Below, piece by piece: positions 30,285 through 40,509 of a DNA stretch of 64,000 bases. Position numbers and translations under genes: made by a program. Below the pieces are notes generated by a model. It was not told the DNA's origin. It worked only from the letters and a program-made list of their open reading frames with translations, and did no database searches. Numbering within the stretch: the first letter of the stretch is position 1; the number at the start of each line of letters is the position of its first letter. The DNA is from an uncultured Bacillota bacterium (GTDB taxonomy: Bacteria > Sysuimicrobiota > Sysuimicrobiia > Sysuimicrobiales > Segetimicrobiaceae), in contig CAWDRG010000017.1 in NCBI GenBank assembly GCA_963804645.1, forward strand, positions 64,001-128,000. Direction: 5' to 3'.

Positions 30285-31067
30285 TTACGCCAGCCGGTAC
30301 ACGCCGGGCTTGACCTCGGGGAAGCGCTTCCAGACCTCGCCGTCGTGGCCGGGGCAGATCCGGGATTCGTCGCCGTCGGTCAGCGTGCGAATCCGCTCCA
30401 TCGCTTCGATGCACTTTCGCAGATCGCCCACGTGCACCGCCGGGGGCATCCAGTCCCGGAGGTTCCGGTACGTGGTCAGGGCGTCGTTCGCGATCACGAA
30501 CGGGCCGCGCGAGGTGCGCACGACGACGATCTGCATGCCGGGCGAGTGCCCGCCGACCAACTCGAGGGAGACGCCGTCCGCCACGTCGGTGTTGCCGTCG
30601 ATCACGCGCAGCCGGCCGCTCGACTGCAGGGCCGCGAGATCCTCCGCGAAGCAGTCGCTGACAAACCGCTGGTGCCACCGCTCCCGCGCGCCGTAGCCCG
30701 TCCAAAACTCGAGTTCCGCGCGCTGCACCCAGAACACCGCGCGCGGGAAGATGCCTTCCACGTCAAAATGGTCCCAGTGCAGGTGCGTGAGAATGACGGT
30801 GGACACGCTGGCCGCGTCGACCCCCGCGGTCTCGAGAAGTTCCTCGCGCGTCCGGAACCCGGCCGCGGAGAGCTTCGGGTTCTTCGCCTGGGCGAGCCGG
30901 TGGGTGAAGCCCGTATCGACCACGATCGGGCCGCCCGCGCCCTGAAGCACCCACAGGAAAAACGCCGACGCCGCGGTCTCGCCGATCGGATACAGGTACA
31001 TCCGCGTCGACCAGTCGACCGTGCGCCCGCCGGCGCACAGCGCGTAAATCTCGTAGGTGCTGGCCAT
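30285..31067 (-). CDS. Metallo-beta-lactamase-fold hydrolase, AHL-lactonase family
   Basis: VDTGF, THLHWDH, GGHSPG, PGHD. Confidence 0.88.
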   Translation of the reverse strand: MASTYEIYALCAGGRTVDWSTRMYLYPIGETAASAFFLWVLQGAGGPIVVDTGFTHRLAQAKNPKLSAAGFRTREELLETAGVDAASVSTVILTHLHWDHFDVEGIFPRAVFWVQRAELEFWTGYGARERWHQRFVSDCFAEDLAALQSSGRLRVIDGNTDVADGVSLELVGGHSPGMQIVVVRTSRGPFVIANDALTTYRNLRDWMPPAVHVGDLRKCIEAMERIRTLTDGDESRICPGHDGEVWKRFPEVKPGVYRLA

Positions 31068-31175
31068 GACTTCCTCCGCGATGCGCCGCGCCCCGCGCGG
31101 ACGATCCTTCTCGTGTTACGCGGCCATTCCGCGCCGCTCCTGCCACAGGGCCGCGCGGCCCCCCCGGCGGCCGGT

Positions 31176-32162
31176 CTACGGCAGCGCGGCGAGCGCGTCC
31201 TCGAGAAGCCGGAAGAACGCGGCGCGGTCTGCGCGCAGCCCGACCCGCGCGTTGGGAGCCGCCCCGCGCGGGCCGATGCCGGGGGCGGCCGCCGGATTCA
31301 CCTCGGGCAGATGGCGCGCGTCGCAGACCGTCATCCCCCGCGTGTGCTCACCGCGCAGTTCGACCGCCACGTGCATCGCCGTCCACGAGATCACCGGCGG
31401 CTCCAACAGGATCGCGACCGCGCAGGGATCGTGCAGCGGTCCGGCCGCGTTGCCGCCGTGCGCGAGCTGCCGCGCCAGGTACTCCCGCAGCAGGCTCGCC
31501 GCCACCTCGGCCGCGTGTGTCCGGATCGCCTCGATGCGCGCGAGCGCGTCCCGGTCCACGTTGACCTGCCGCGTCAGGTTCAGGCCGGACATCCACAGCG
31601 GCACGCCGCTTCGAAAGACGATGTCGGCCGCCTCGGGATCGAACCACGTGTTGAACTCCGCGGCTGGCGTGATGTTCCCGGCGGTCGCGGAGCCGCCCAT
31701 CACGCTGATCGCCGCCAGGCGCGGCGCGATGTCGGGCGCCGTCCGGAGCGCCACCGCGACGTTCGTCAACGGCCCGACCGCGATGATCGTGAGGTCGTCG
31801 CGGGCACGCGCCGTCTCGACGAGGAACTCGACGGCGTGCCGGGGGTCGGGCTCGCCGCGGACGGGCGGGAACGCGTAGCCGTCGAGGCCGCTCTCCCCGT
31901 GGATCGCCGCGGCGTGCACCGGCGCCCGCACCAGCGGCGCCGCGCACCCCCGCGCCACCGGCACCTCGAGGCCCGCGAGATCGACCAGCCGGAGCGCATT
32001 CAGCGTCGTCCGCTCGACGTCGACGTTGCCGGCCACGGTCGTGATCCCCAGGACGTCGAAGTGGCGCGCCGCCAGCAGGATCGCCAGCGCGTCGTCGTGC
32101 CCGGGATCGCAGTCGATGACGACCGGCCGGCGCGGTCCCGGCCGGCCGGCGTCACGAACCAC
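31176..32162 (-). CDS. Nucleoside hydrolase
   Basis: DCDPGHDD, IHGESGLDG, GPLTN, AEFN, LHDP. Confidence 0.92.
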   Translation of the reverse strand: MVRDAGRPGPRRPVVIDCDPGHDDALAILLAARHFDVLGITTVAGNVDVERTTLNALRLVDLAGLEVPVARGCAAPLVRAPVHAAAIHGESGLDGYAFPPVRGEPDPRHAVEFLVETARARDDLTIIAVGPLTNVAVALRTAPDIAPRLAAISVMGGSATAGNITPAAEFNTWFDPEAADIVFRSGVPLWMSGLNLTRQVNVDRDALARIEAIRTHAAEVAASLLREYLARQLAHGGNAAGPLHDPCAVAILLEPPVISWTAMHVAVELRGEHTRGMTVCDARHLPEVNPAAAPGIGPRGAAPNARVGLRADRAAFFRLLEDALAALP

Positions 32163-32317
32163 CCGCGGTCCCGCTCGAGCCCCGGACGATCGCCCCGGCC
32201 GTGCTCATCCCGGGCACCCCGTCCGGGGCCGACAGATGCGACGGGACCGGGCGAACTCCGCCCGGTCCCGATGATGCCGTGTGACGCGCACGGGACGATC
32301 GCCCGCGCCGGTCGGCG

Positions 32318-32551
32318 TCAGTGCCCGCAGCTACACGCGCCGCCGCACCCGCAGCCGCCGCCCGCGGTCAGCGGCGCCGAGGAACTCTCCCGGCCCCCGC
32401 CCACCATGACCATCACCGGAGTGTAGACGCGCTTGGCCCCGGCGACACCGCAGCGCGGGCATTCGGGCGCGCTCTGCCGCTCGTATTCGGCCACGGTCGC
32501 CGTGATCTCGAAGTCGTTCCCGCACGCCCTGCACCGAAACACGTACGTCAT
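32318..32551 (-). CDS. FmdB-family zinc-ribbon protein
   Basis: YVFRCRACGNDFE...CPRCG, C-terminal GCGCGGACSC. Confidence 0.85.
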   Translation of the reverse strand: MTYVFRCRACGNDFEITATVAEYERQSAPECPRCGVAGAKRVYTPVMVMVGGGRESSSAPLTAGGGCGCGGACSCGH

Positions 32552-32653
32552 CGTCTCACCGCCAGGGTTGAAGCCCGCGTTCGGGCCGGAGTGTGAAGCC
32601 GCGCACTACATTCGGTGGAATTCGCGTGGAGGCTCCCGGTCTCCTGCCGCCGG

Positions 32654-33670
32654 TCAGCGGCGCTGCTTCATCGCGTACAACCGCGCGTCCGCCGCGGCGA
32701 TCAGGCTGTCGGGATCGTCGCCATCTTCCGGCCACGCGGCGATGCCCCACATCGAGCTGAGCGTCCGGTCGACCGAAGGAATCTCGATCGCCCCGACGCC
32801 CAACCGGTTGACCGCCTGCTCGGCCTGCGCCCTCGGGGTGTCCGGCAGGATGAGCGTAAACTCGTCTCCCCCGAAGCGTGCGACGAGATCGACCCCGCGC
32901 ACGCGCTCCGCGAGATGGCGCGCCACCGCCGCGAGCGCCCGGTCGCCGGCCGCGTGCCCGAGCGTATCGTTCACCTGCTTGAAGCCGTTGAGATCCAGGA
33001 TCGCAACGCTCAGCACGCCGCCCGTGCGCCGCGCGCGTCGGATCTCCACCTGAAGCCGGTCCTGAAACGCGCGGCGGTTCGCGAGCCCGGTGAGGGCGTC
33101 CGTGGCGGCCAGGGTCTTGAACTGCTCGTGCAGGTTGGCGACCTCGATCGCCCCGGCGAGGTACCGGGCGACGATGGTCAGAAGGTCGAGGTCCGCGCTC
33201 GTAAACGCGTCCGCGTCGGCCCGGTGCGCGCTGAGGACCCCGATCGTCCGGCCTCGCGCCGTGAGCGGCGCGTGGATGCCGGAACGGATCCTGGCGTCGT
33301 CGTGAAGGGCACGGGAATCCGGTGACAGGTCGGGTTCGAGCACCCCCGCGCCGGTCTCGAACACGCGGCCGTGGAGTCCCTCGTTGGAAGGAATGGCCGA
33401 GCCGAGCTGGCTGCGGCGGAGTCCAGACGCGCCGCGGACGATCAGCTGGGCCGGACGGGCTTCGTCCACGAGCGCGACCGTGCAGGAATCGAACCCGATC
33501 TCCTCGTGCAGGACCTGCAGCACGTGCTCGAGGAGGTCGGACAGGTTCAGCACCGTCGTAAACTCGGCGGCGAGCCGCGCCAGGAACGCGAGCGCCCGGT
33601 CGGGCTCGGTGGACCCCGACCGCCGCCGAGATCGCCTGGTCGGTTCGAACGCCTTTGGCACGCGCGTCAC
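32654..33670 (-). CDS. GAF-GGDEF diguanylate cyclase
   Basis: GAF segment, DALTGLANRR, FKQVNDTLGHAAGD, RGVD I-site, RFGGDEF; GGAGG before GTG. Confidence 0.92.
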   Translation of the reverse strand: MTRVPKAFEPTRRSRRRSGSTEPDRALAFLARLAAEFTTVLNLSDLLEHVLQVLHEEIGFDSCTVALVDEARPAQLIVRGASGLRRSQLGSAIPSNEGLHGRVFETGAGVLEPDLSPDSRALHDDARIRSGIHAPLTARGRTIGVLSAHRADADAFTSADLDLLTIVARYLAGAIEVANLHEQFKTLAATDALTGLANRRAFQDRLQVEIRRARRTGGVLSVAILDLNGFKQVNDTLGHAAGDRALAAVARHLAERVRGVDLVARFGGDEFTLILPDTPRAQAEQAVNRLGVGAIEIPSVDRTLSSMWGIAAWPEDGDDPDSLIAAADARLYAMKQRR

Positions 33671-33908
33671 GCCTCCAACCTCACGTCCGCCCAACCCGAC
33701 ACCTCGGGATTCGCGATTTCGGTGCAGCGGCGAGGACTCCCTTCTCGCCTTCCGGGAACGTTGTGCCCCGAGGGCGCGCCCAGAAGACTGGGAAAATAGA
33801 CCTAGTGGACACGCTCCCGGAGGGATGTTACCCACTAAACGCGAAAACGAACACGACCGCCGCACTCAAGAACCAGAAGTCCACGCACCACACCACGGTG
33901 AGCACACG

Positions 33909-36245
33909 ATGAGACTGACCCAAGACACGCTGGCGCGCGCGCTGCCCGAACTTGCCGGAACCGTACGTCCGCCCCGACTGGGCGCCGCCGCGGACGTGTG
34001 GCGCGATCCCGAAGGGATCCCCCACATCTTGGCGGCGTCGGCCCGCGACGCGTTCTACGCCCAGGGATTCGTGCACGCGCAGGACCGGCTCTGGCACATG
34101 GAGTACGATCGCCGCCGCGCGCAGGGACGATTTGCCGAGTACGCCGGCGCGGCCGCCGTCGCGCAGGATGTGCACCTGCGCCGCCTGCGGCTCGCCGCGA
34201 CCGCACGGGACGACTACGAGACCGTGAACGAGGAGACGCGCGCGATGCTCGACGCGTACGCGGACGGCGTCAACGGATTCCTCGCCGTCACACGCACGCT
34301 GCCGGTCGAATTCCTGCTGCTGGATGCGCGCCCCGAGCCGTGGGCGCCGTGGGACAGCCTCGCGGTGTTCAAGATCCGGCACGTGGAAATGGGCAGCTGG
34401 CAGTCGAAGCTGTGGCGCGCCCGGCTCCTCCGCCGCGTCGGTTCGGAGCTCGCGTCGACCCTGTGCTCGGTGATCCAGATGCCCCCGAGCCCGACGCTGA
34501 TCGTGCCGCCCGGGGGCCCGTGTCCCGGCCCGGCGCCGGACGCCCTGCCGGTGTTCGACGCCGGCGCGGCGGCGCTGGCCGACGTTGCCGACCTGGGCGG
34601 CGGCAGCAACAGCTGGGCGCTCGCCGGAAGCCGCACGGCATCGGGGCAACCCCTTGTCGCCGGCGATCCCCACCGGGGTCTCGACGTTCCGGGCGTGTAC
34701 TACCAGAATCACCTCGCGTGCCCCGACTTCGACGCGATCGGGCTGTCGTTTCCCGGGACGCCGGGCCTGCCGCACTTCGGCCACAACCGGTTCGTGGCGT
34801 GGTGCGTCACGCACGCGATGGGCGACTATCAGGATCTGTTCATCGAGCGCTTCGATCGCGACGATCCACGCCGCTATTGGTTCCGGGGCGACTGGCGGCG
34901 CGCGGACGTCGTCCGCGAGACGGTGCGCGTGCGCGGCGGCGAGCCGGTGGAGTTCGACGTCACGAGCACCCACCACGGGCCGGTCGCGCTCGGCGACCCC
35001 AAAGACGGCTGCGCGATCGCCTTTCGCTACACGTCCACCGCGGAGCCCAACCACACGTCCGAGGCGCTGCTGCCGATGCTGCGCGCGGGGTCGGCGGACG
35101 CGCTTGAGGCCGCCATGCGCCCCTGGGTCGAGCCGGCGAACAACTTCGTCTTCGCGGATGTCGACGGCACGGTCGGGTACCGGACGCGCGGCCGCATCCC
35201 GATCCGGCACGCCGCGAACGCCTGGCTGCCGGTCCCGGGCTGGGACGGGGAGCACGAGTGGCAGGGTGCGATTCCGTTCGAGGAGATGCCGGCGATGCGC
35301 AACCCGGAGACGGGATGGATCGCCACCGCCAACAGCCGGATCACCGGACCCGAGTACCCGCACTATCTCGGGCTCGACTACGCGCCGGATTTCCGCACCC
35401 GTCGGATCATCGAGCGGCTCCGGACGGTCACGCGCGGCACCGCGGCCGACATGGCCGCGATCCATGCCGATCGTGTGTCCATTCCCGCGATCGAGTTGGT
35501 CGCCTGTCTCGACGGCGTCGCTCCGACCGGTCTCCTCGCCCAAGCGGCGCTCGCGCGGCTCCGCGCCTGGGACGGGGTAATGGCGCCCGAGGCGGTCGGC
35601 CCGACGATCTACACCGCCGTGCGGGACCGGCTGATGCGGAATCTGTTGGGCCCGATCTTCGGACCGCTCACGGCCGAGGCGTTCGGACCCCTCCCGAGCG
35701 GCGGGGTCGGGCACGTCGCGCGCCTGAGGGCCCGCCTCGCGGGCTGGATCCGCGACAACGATCGGACGCTGCTGCCTGCCGGCGAGGACTGGCCGGGCAC
35801 GATGGCGCGCGCGCTCGAGGGAGCGGTCACCGAACTGAGCGCCGCGCTCGGTCCCGACACCGACACGTGGCGCTGGTCGCGGCAGCACCTGGCGCAACCG
35901 CGCCACCCGCTGTCCGCCGCGTTCCCCGAGGATGCGGCGATCCTCTCACCCCGGCCGGTCGCGGTGGGCGGTGACGGCGACACCGTCCAGGCCGGCTCGT
36001 TCATTCCGGGGGCGGGGTACCAGGTCACCGGCACGTCGGTCGCGCGCTACGTCTTCGATCTCGGGGACTGGAATCAGAGCGCGTGGATCGTACCGCACGG
36101 CGCGTCGGGCCATCCCGGCAGCCCCCACTTCTCGGATCAAACCGAGGACTGGGCCGCGGTGCGCCTCCGCCCCATGCGCTACGAATGGGCCCGGATCAGG
36201 GCCGAGGCCGAACACCATCAGCGGCTCGAACCGGCGGCATCCTGA
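33909..36245 (+). CDS. Penicillin acylase family (Ntn hydrolase)
   Basis: RDPEGIPHI, AQGFVHAQDRLW, GSNSWAL, GDPH, ATANSR, GASGHPGSPHFSDQ. Confidence 0.92.
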   Translation: MRLTQDTLARALPELAGTVRPPRLGAAADVWRDPEGIPHILAASARDAFYAQGFVHAQDRLWHMEYDRRRAQGRFAEYAGAAAVAQDVHLRRLRLAATARDDYETVNEETRAMLDAYADGVNGFLAVTRTLPVEFLLLDARPEPWAPWDSLAVFKIRHVEMGSWQSKLWRARLLRRVGSELASTLCSVIQMPPSPTLIVPPGGPCPGPAPDALPVFDAGAAALADVADLGGGSNSWALAGSRTASGQPLVAGDPHRGLDVPGVYYQNHLACPDFDAIGLSFPGTPGLPHFGHNRFVAWCVTHAMGDYQDLFIERFDRDDPRRYWFRGDWRRADVVRETVRVRGGEPVEFDVTSTHHGPVALGDPKDGCAIAFRYTSTAEPNHTSEALLPMLRAGSADALEAAMRPWVEPANNFVFADVDGTVGYRTRGRIPIRHAANAWLPVPGWDGEHEWQGAIPFEEMPAMRNPETGWIATANSRITGPEYPHYLGLDYAPDFRTRRIIERLRTVTRGTAADMAAIHADRVSIPAIELVACLDGVAPTGLLAQAALARLRAWDGVMAPEAVGPTIYTAVRDRLMRNLLGPIFGPLTAEAFGPLPSGGVGHVARLRARLAGWIRDNDRTLLPAGEDWPGTMARALEGAVTELSAALGPDTDTWRWSRQHLAQPRHPLSAAFPEDAAILSPRPVAVGGDGDTVQAGSFIPGAGYQVTGTSVARYVFDLGDWNQSAWIVPHGASGHPGSPHFSDQTEDWAAVRLRPMRYEWARIRAEAEHHQRLEPAAS

Positions 36246-36299
36246 ACCGCCGCGACGCGCGGCTGTTCCCGGCGGACGAACCCGCCACCCATGGAGCGG

Positions 36300-36758
36300 C
36301 TAGCAGTTGTAGGGAATGCAGGCGGTAAACGCCTGACTGAGCCCTTCGTTTCCATTGATCGGAATCGTCACGACGAACGTCTCGCCGATCTCGAGCCCAT
36401 TGTTCATGGACGGCCACCAGACCTGAATCCCGAGCGCGGTTGACGCGGTGGCCCCCAGGACCACGGTACGGTAGGAATCACTACCGGACGTCCAGTTCCA
36501 GTACTTGCCCGGGGTCTCGCTGAAGCCGATGGCGCTGTCGTTCGTGCAAGACCCCCAGTTATTCGTGTTCTGGAGGTAGCATCCCCAGACCAACGTGCGC
36601 CACTGATCGGCCATGGAGTTGCCCTCGTCGATCGCGGCCTTGTTGCGCGCCCCAAGGTACGCCGGCAGCGCCAGGGCCACCAGCAGGGCTATGACGGCCG
36701 ACGCCACCAGGAGTTCCAGCATGGTAAAGCCCGACTGCGTGGAACGCAGCCAGGCCAA
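36300..36758 (-). CDS. Type IV pilin-like protein
   Basis: Prepilin motif QSG|FTMLELLVASAVIALLVALALPAY with E5; four Cys; exact start uncertain. Confidence 0.85.
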   Translation of the reverse strand: MAWLRSTQSGFTMLELLVASAVIALLVALALPAYLGARNKAAIDEGNSMADQWRTLVWGCYLQNTNNWGSCTNDSAIGFSETPGKYWNWTSGSDSYRTVVLGATASTALGIQVWWPSMNNGLEIGETFVVTIPINGNEGLSQAFTACIPYNC

Positions 36759-37119
36759 TCCTCCGCGTCCGGCGCTCGCCCTTCCGACGCCGATCCGCGC
36801 GGCCGCTTGCCCTCGCTCGGGCTCCCCCAACCCGATCGCCGGCCCTTCTTGACGGACAGCCCGCCTCTCCCGCGAGCGCCGTCCCTGATGCCTTCCGCGG
36901 TCCGTCTCCCAAGAGCGCCCGAGCGCGCCGCGCGTCTCCCGGAAGCCGCCCGTCTAGATCGAACGATACGTCCACATTCACTCTGCAACGACGCCCGAGC
37001 GCGCGCCATAGGACGAAAGTCCCAGCGCCCGGAACACATGGTCGGTAGGATGCCGGCGTGCACGGGCGGGGCGGCGCGCCGCGCTGTGATCGCGGCTCAG
37101 GCTCCCGCCGGCCCGTCGG

Positions 37120-37710
37120 TCAGGGGTTCCCTCCAAAAAACGCAAACGTGGTGCAGTACGACGGCGCGGCGTAGGCCGCCGCGCCATTGCCTTGGTTGAT
37201 AAGGGTGGCGTAGTACTTGCACACGTCGTACTCGTACTTCAGCCCCGCGTTAGTCAAATAGAACCGATACGACCCGATCCAATCATGCCGGGCCGCGAAG
37301 TTCTTGAAATCGTCCTTGAGGACGGCGCTCTTGCCTTGTTTGCTCCACTGAAAACCGCCGCGCGGGATGACGCCGATGTCTCCACTGTATTGGAACACAT
37401 AGGCCCCGCCGAGGTTGTTCCTCAACCCAATCACCACGTCGATGTCGTGGTACGGGTGTGCGACGTGAAACGTGCCCGAGTAGAGATACGTGCCGTCCGG
37501 ATTGACGATCAGATTGGTCGATCCCGCTCCGTTCTTGTAGCGCCAGTGCACCACGACCGGTCCGCTGCCGACCCCGTGATGCACCGGGGTCGTCTCCACC
37601 GGTGCGATGTCGTTCGGCAGAGTTTTCACCACAATCGGCGGGGTGCTCGCGAAGGCTGCGCCGGCACAGCATGCCCAGACGACCAGCGACAAGAGACGAC
37701 GATACGTCAT
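37120..37710 (-). CDS. Hypothetical secreted protein
   Basis: Signal peptide MTYRRLLSLVVWACCAGAAFA; GGAGG RBS; beta-rich; lower GC. Confidence 0.75.
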   Translation of the reverse strand: MTYRRLLSLVVWACCAGAAFASTPPIVVKTLPNDIAPVETTPVHHGVGSGPVVVHWRYKNGAGSTNLIVNPDGTYLYSGTFHVAHPYHDIDVVIGLRNNLGGAYVFQYSGDIGVIPRGGFQWSKQGKSAVLKDDFKNFAARHDWIGSYRFYLTNAGLKYEYDVCKYYATLINQGNGAAAYAAPSYCTTFAFFGGNP

Positions 37711-37758
37711 CGTGGCCTCCCTCCATCCGCGTCGAGCCGACCGATCGGTCCGACGACG

Positions 37759-38553
37759 CTACCGTCCGGTCCAGTGCGGGGTCCGCTTGTCGAGGAACGC
37801 CGCGACGCCTTCCTGAAAATCGGTGCTGTTGTAGCAGGTCGCCACCAGCGCGTGCCCCGGGTCGTCGGGCAGCAGGCGGTGCACGACGCGCCGGACGACT
37901 TCCTTGCTGACCCGCAGCGTCAGCGGCGGCGCCTGCGCGATGCCCTCGGCGAGTTCGCGGACACGTGCCTCGAGCGCGTCGAGCGGCACCACCTGATTGA
38001 CGAGGCCCCAGGCCAGCGCCTCCGTCGCCTCCACGTGGCGGGCGGTGTAGATCAATTCCTTCACCCGCGCCGGACCGAGAAGGGCCACGAGCCGGGCGTA
38101 GTTCTTGATCGACAGGCAGTTGCCGAGCCGGGTGATCGGAATCCCGAACCGCGCGTTGTCGGCGGCGATGCGGAGATCGCACGTCACCGAGATCGTGAGC
38201 CCCCCGCCGACGGCGTACCCGCGGACCGCGGCGATCGTCGGCTTGCTCACGCTCTCCAGCCGCCCGATCACGCGGTCGATGCGCTCTTCATAATCGATTC
38301 CGGCCTGTGGGTTCCCGCGGAACGCGGGGAACTGGCTGATATCGGTGCCGGAGATGAACGCGCGGTCCCCGCGTCCCGTGATCACGAGCACCCGGATCTC
38401 GTCGTCGCCGTCGACCTGGTCGCAGATCTCGACCAGCCGCTCGTACATCGCCCACGTCATCGCGTTCCGCGCCTCGGGGCGGTTGACGGTCACGTAGGCG
38501 ACGCCGCGCTCGACCTCGAGCAGCATCTCAGGCTGATCCACGGCGGGTTTCAT
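37759..38553 (-). CDS. Enoyl-CoA hydratase/isomerase family
   Basis: NRPEARNAM, AFISGTDI, KPTIAAVRGYAVGGG, EGVAAFLDKR; AGGAGG RBS. Confidence 0.92.
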   Translation of the reverse strand: MKPAVDQPEMLLEVERGVAYVTVNRPEARNAMTWAMYERLVEICDQVDGDDEIRVLVITGRGDRAFISGTDISQFPAFRGNPQAGIDYEERIDRVIGRLESVSKPTIAAVRGYAVGGGLTISVTCDLRIAADNARFGIPITRLGNCLSIKNYARLVALLGPARVKELIYTARHVEATEALAWGLVNQVVPLDALEARVRELAEGIAQAPPLTLRVSKEVVRRVVHRLLPDDPGHALVATCYNSTDFQEGVAAFLDKRTPHWTGR

Positions 38554-38588
38554 CCTCCTGGGTCCGCGCGGCCCGGCGCGAAACGCGA

Positions 38589-39884
38589 TCAGGCCGTCGG
38601 CGTTGAGTGTCCGGGGGTGTCGCCGCCAACCGGCGCGTCCGGCGGGGTCTCCCCGCGCCGCTCGGAGGGGGCCGGCCGCGACTCGGAGCCGGTCGGCGCC
38701 GCGGTCACGACCTGCCGCAGCAGCTCGCCGGCGATGTCGCCGATCGTGACGCGGCCTTCCTGATTCTGCGAGGTGATGTAATCTTGCACCCGCGTCCGCT
38801 CGCGCTCGCGGGCGAGGCGCTTGAGGCTGAGAATCATGCGCCGTTCCTCGGGCCGAATCTCGGTGATCAGCGCCTCGACGGTCAGGCCGACCTGCACGAC
38901 CTCGTCGACCTTCTGCACGCGCTTTTCGGCCATCTCCGAGATCGGGATGAACCCGTCGATGTCGCCGAGCCGGACGAACGCGCCGGACGCGACGACGCGG
39001 ACGACCTTCCCGGACACGGTCTGCCCCGGGCGGTAGGTGTTGCCGATGTGCTGCCACGGATCCGGCAGGATGTGCTTCAACCCCAGCGAGATGCGGCCGG
39101 CCTCCCGGTCAACGCGCAGCACGGCGACCGTCACGTGCTGCCCGCGGCGCACGACCTCGGACGGGTGCTTGATGTAGGTCCACGACATCTCGCTGATCGG
39201 CAGCAGGGCGTCCACGCCGCCGAGGTCGACGAACGCGCCGAAGTCGGCGAGGCGCTTGACGACACCCTCGCGCACCTGGCCCTCCTCGAGCGAGCTCAGC
39301 AGCTCCGCGCGGCTCTTCGCCCGGGACTCGACCAGCGCGTTCTTGTGGGACAGAATCACCCGGCCTTTGGGCCGGTCGACCTCGATCACCTTCAGCGGAA
39401 TGCTCTGCCCGACGAGGGCCTCAAACTGCCGGCCCTTGGCCTGTGACAGATCGACGTGGCTGCCGGGCACGAAGCCGCGCACGCCGAGGTCGACGACGAG
39501 CCCGCCCTTGACCTTGTCCACCACCATCGCGTGGATCACCGCGCCGGACTGGAATGTCTCCTGGATCCGGTCCCAGGTGCGGGCCAAATCGGCGCGCTTC
39601 TTGCTCAAGAGGATGCTGCCCTCGTCGCCCTCGACCTTCATCACGTACACGTCGATCCGGTCGCCGACCGCGATCCCCTCGACCACGTCGCCCCGCGCGG
39701 ATAGTTCCTTCGGCGGAATGAATCCGTCGGACTTCGCCCCGACGTCGACGAGGACGCCCTCACTGTCCACGCGGACCACGGTGCCTTGGACGATCTGGCG
39801 CTCTGCCAGCGCCGGCATCTGCGCGAGATCGATCTCTTCCGGCTGCGCCGGCGCTGTCTGTTCGTCGGACATCGAACTCACCAT
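38589..39884 (-). CDS. rpsA: 30S ribosomal protein S1 (four S1 domains)
   Basis: VDVGAKSDG, VKGGLVVDLGVRGFVPGS, DFGAFVDLGGVDALLPISEMSW, RISLGLK. Confidence 0.92.
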   Translation of the reverse strand: MVSSMSDEQTAPAQPEEIDLAQMPALAERQIVQGTVVRVDSEGVLVDVGAKSDGFIPPKELSARGDVVEGIAVGDRIDVYVMKVEGDEGSILLSKKRADLARTWDRIQETFQSGAVIHAMVVDKVKGGLVVDLGVRGFVPGSHVDLSQAKGRQFEALVGQSIPLKVIEVDRPKGRVILSHKNALVESRAKSRAELLSSLEEGQVREGVVKRLADFGAFVDLGGVDALLPISEMSWTYIKHPSEVVRRGQHVTVAVLRVDREAGRISLGLKHILPDPWQHIGNTYRPGQTVSGKVVRVVASGAFVRLGDIDGFIPISEMAEKRVQKVDEVVQVGLTVEALITEIRPEERRMILSLKRLARERERTRVQDYITSQNQEGRVTIGDIAGELLRQVVTAAPTGSESRPAPSERRGETPPDAPVGGDTPGHSTPTA

Positions 39885-39951
39885 CCCTCATTCGACAATC
39901 ACACCCGCGCCGGGATCACCGGGCGGGGTGTGTGCGTGCCCACGACACGCC

Positions 39952-40422
39952 TCAAGTATATTCTCGTTCGCCGGGCGCGCGCCCGCTCCTGCCCTCGCGC
40001 CGGTCGGCCGGCGCCGCCGCGTCGACCGGGCCCAGGAAGCCGGCGATCTCGTCGGGAATCCGACGCGCCCGGCCGGCCCGGTCGACCGCCGCATGCACCG
40101 TGTACCCCTCCGCCAGCCGTTCCCCGTCGGCGCGCCGCACGATCTCGTACCCAAACGACAGGGTCGACGGGCCGAGCGACCGGAGGTGCGTCCGGATCAC
40201 CAGGACATCGTCGTAGCGGGCGGGCCGGCGGTACCGGCAGTGCGCCTCGACGACCACGAGCAGCCAGCCGGCCTCCTCGACCTCCGCGTACGATCGGCCG
40301 CGCGCTCGGATGAACTCCGTGCGGGCGGCCTCGAACCAGACGAAATAGCTCGCATGGTGCGCGACGCGCATCTGGTCGGTCTCGGCGTACCGCACCCGGA
40401 GCTCCAACTCCGCCGTCTCCAT
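39952..40422 (-). CDS. Acyl-CoA thioesterase (YbgC/FadM family)
   Basis: VRYAETDQMRVAHHASYFVWFEAAR, PARYDD. Confidence 0.9.
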   Translation of the reverse strand: METAELELRVRYAETDQMRVAHHASYFVWFEAARTEFIRARGRSYAEVEEAGWLLVVVEAHCRYRRPARYDDVLVIRTHLRSLGPSTLSFGYEIVRRADGERLAEGYTVHAAVDRAGRARRIPDEIAGFLGPVDAAAPADRREGRSGRAPGEREYT

Positions 40423-40509
40423 CGGGGCCTCCTGCGGAAGTGCCGTCCGCCCGCGGCGGCCGGAGATCCCATCCCGTTGGTACGGGCGGGCGGCCGATCG
40501 GGTTCCGGA

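Noticed and set aside
33680..33900. Hairpins between the diguanylate cyclase and penicillin acylase genes as a riboswitch
   Set aside because: No known riboswitch consensus; short stems are compatible with chance or divergent promoter DNA.
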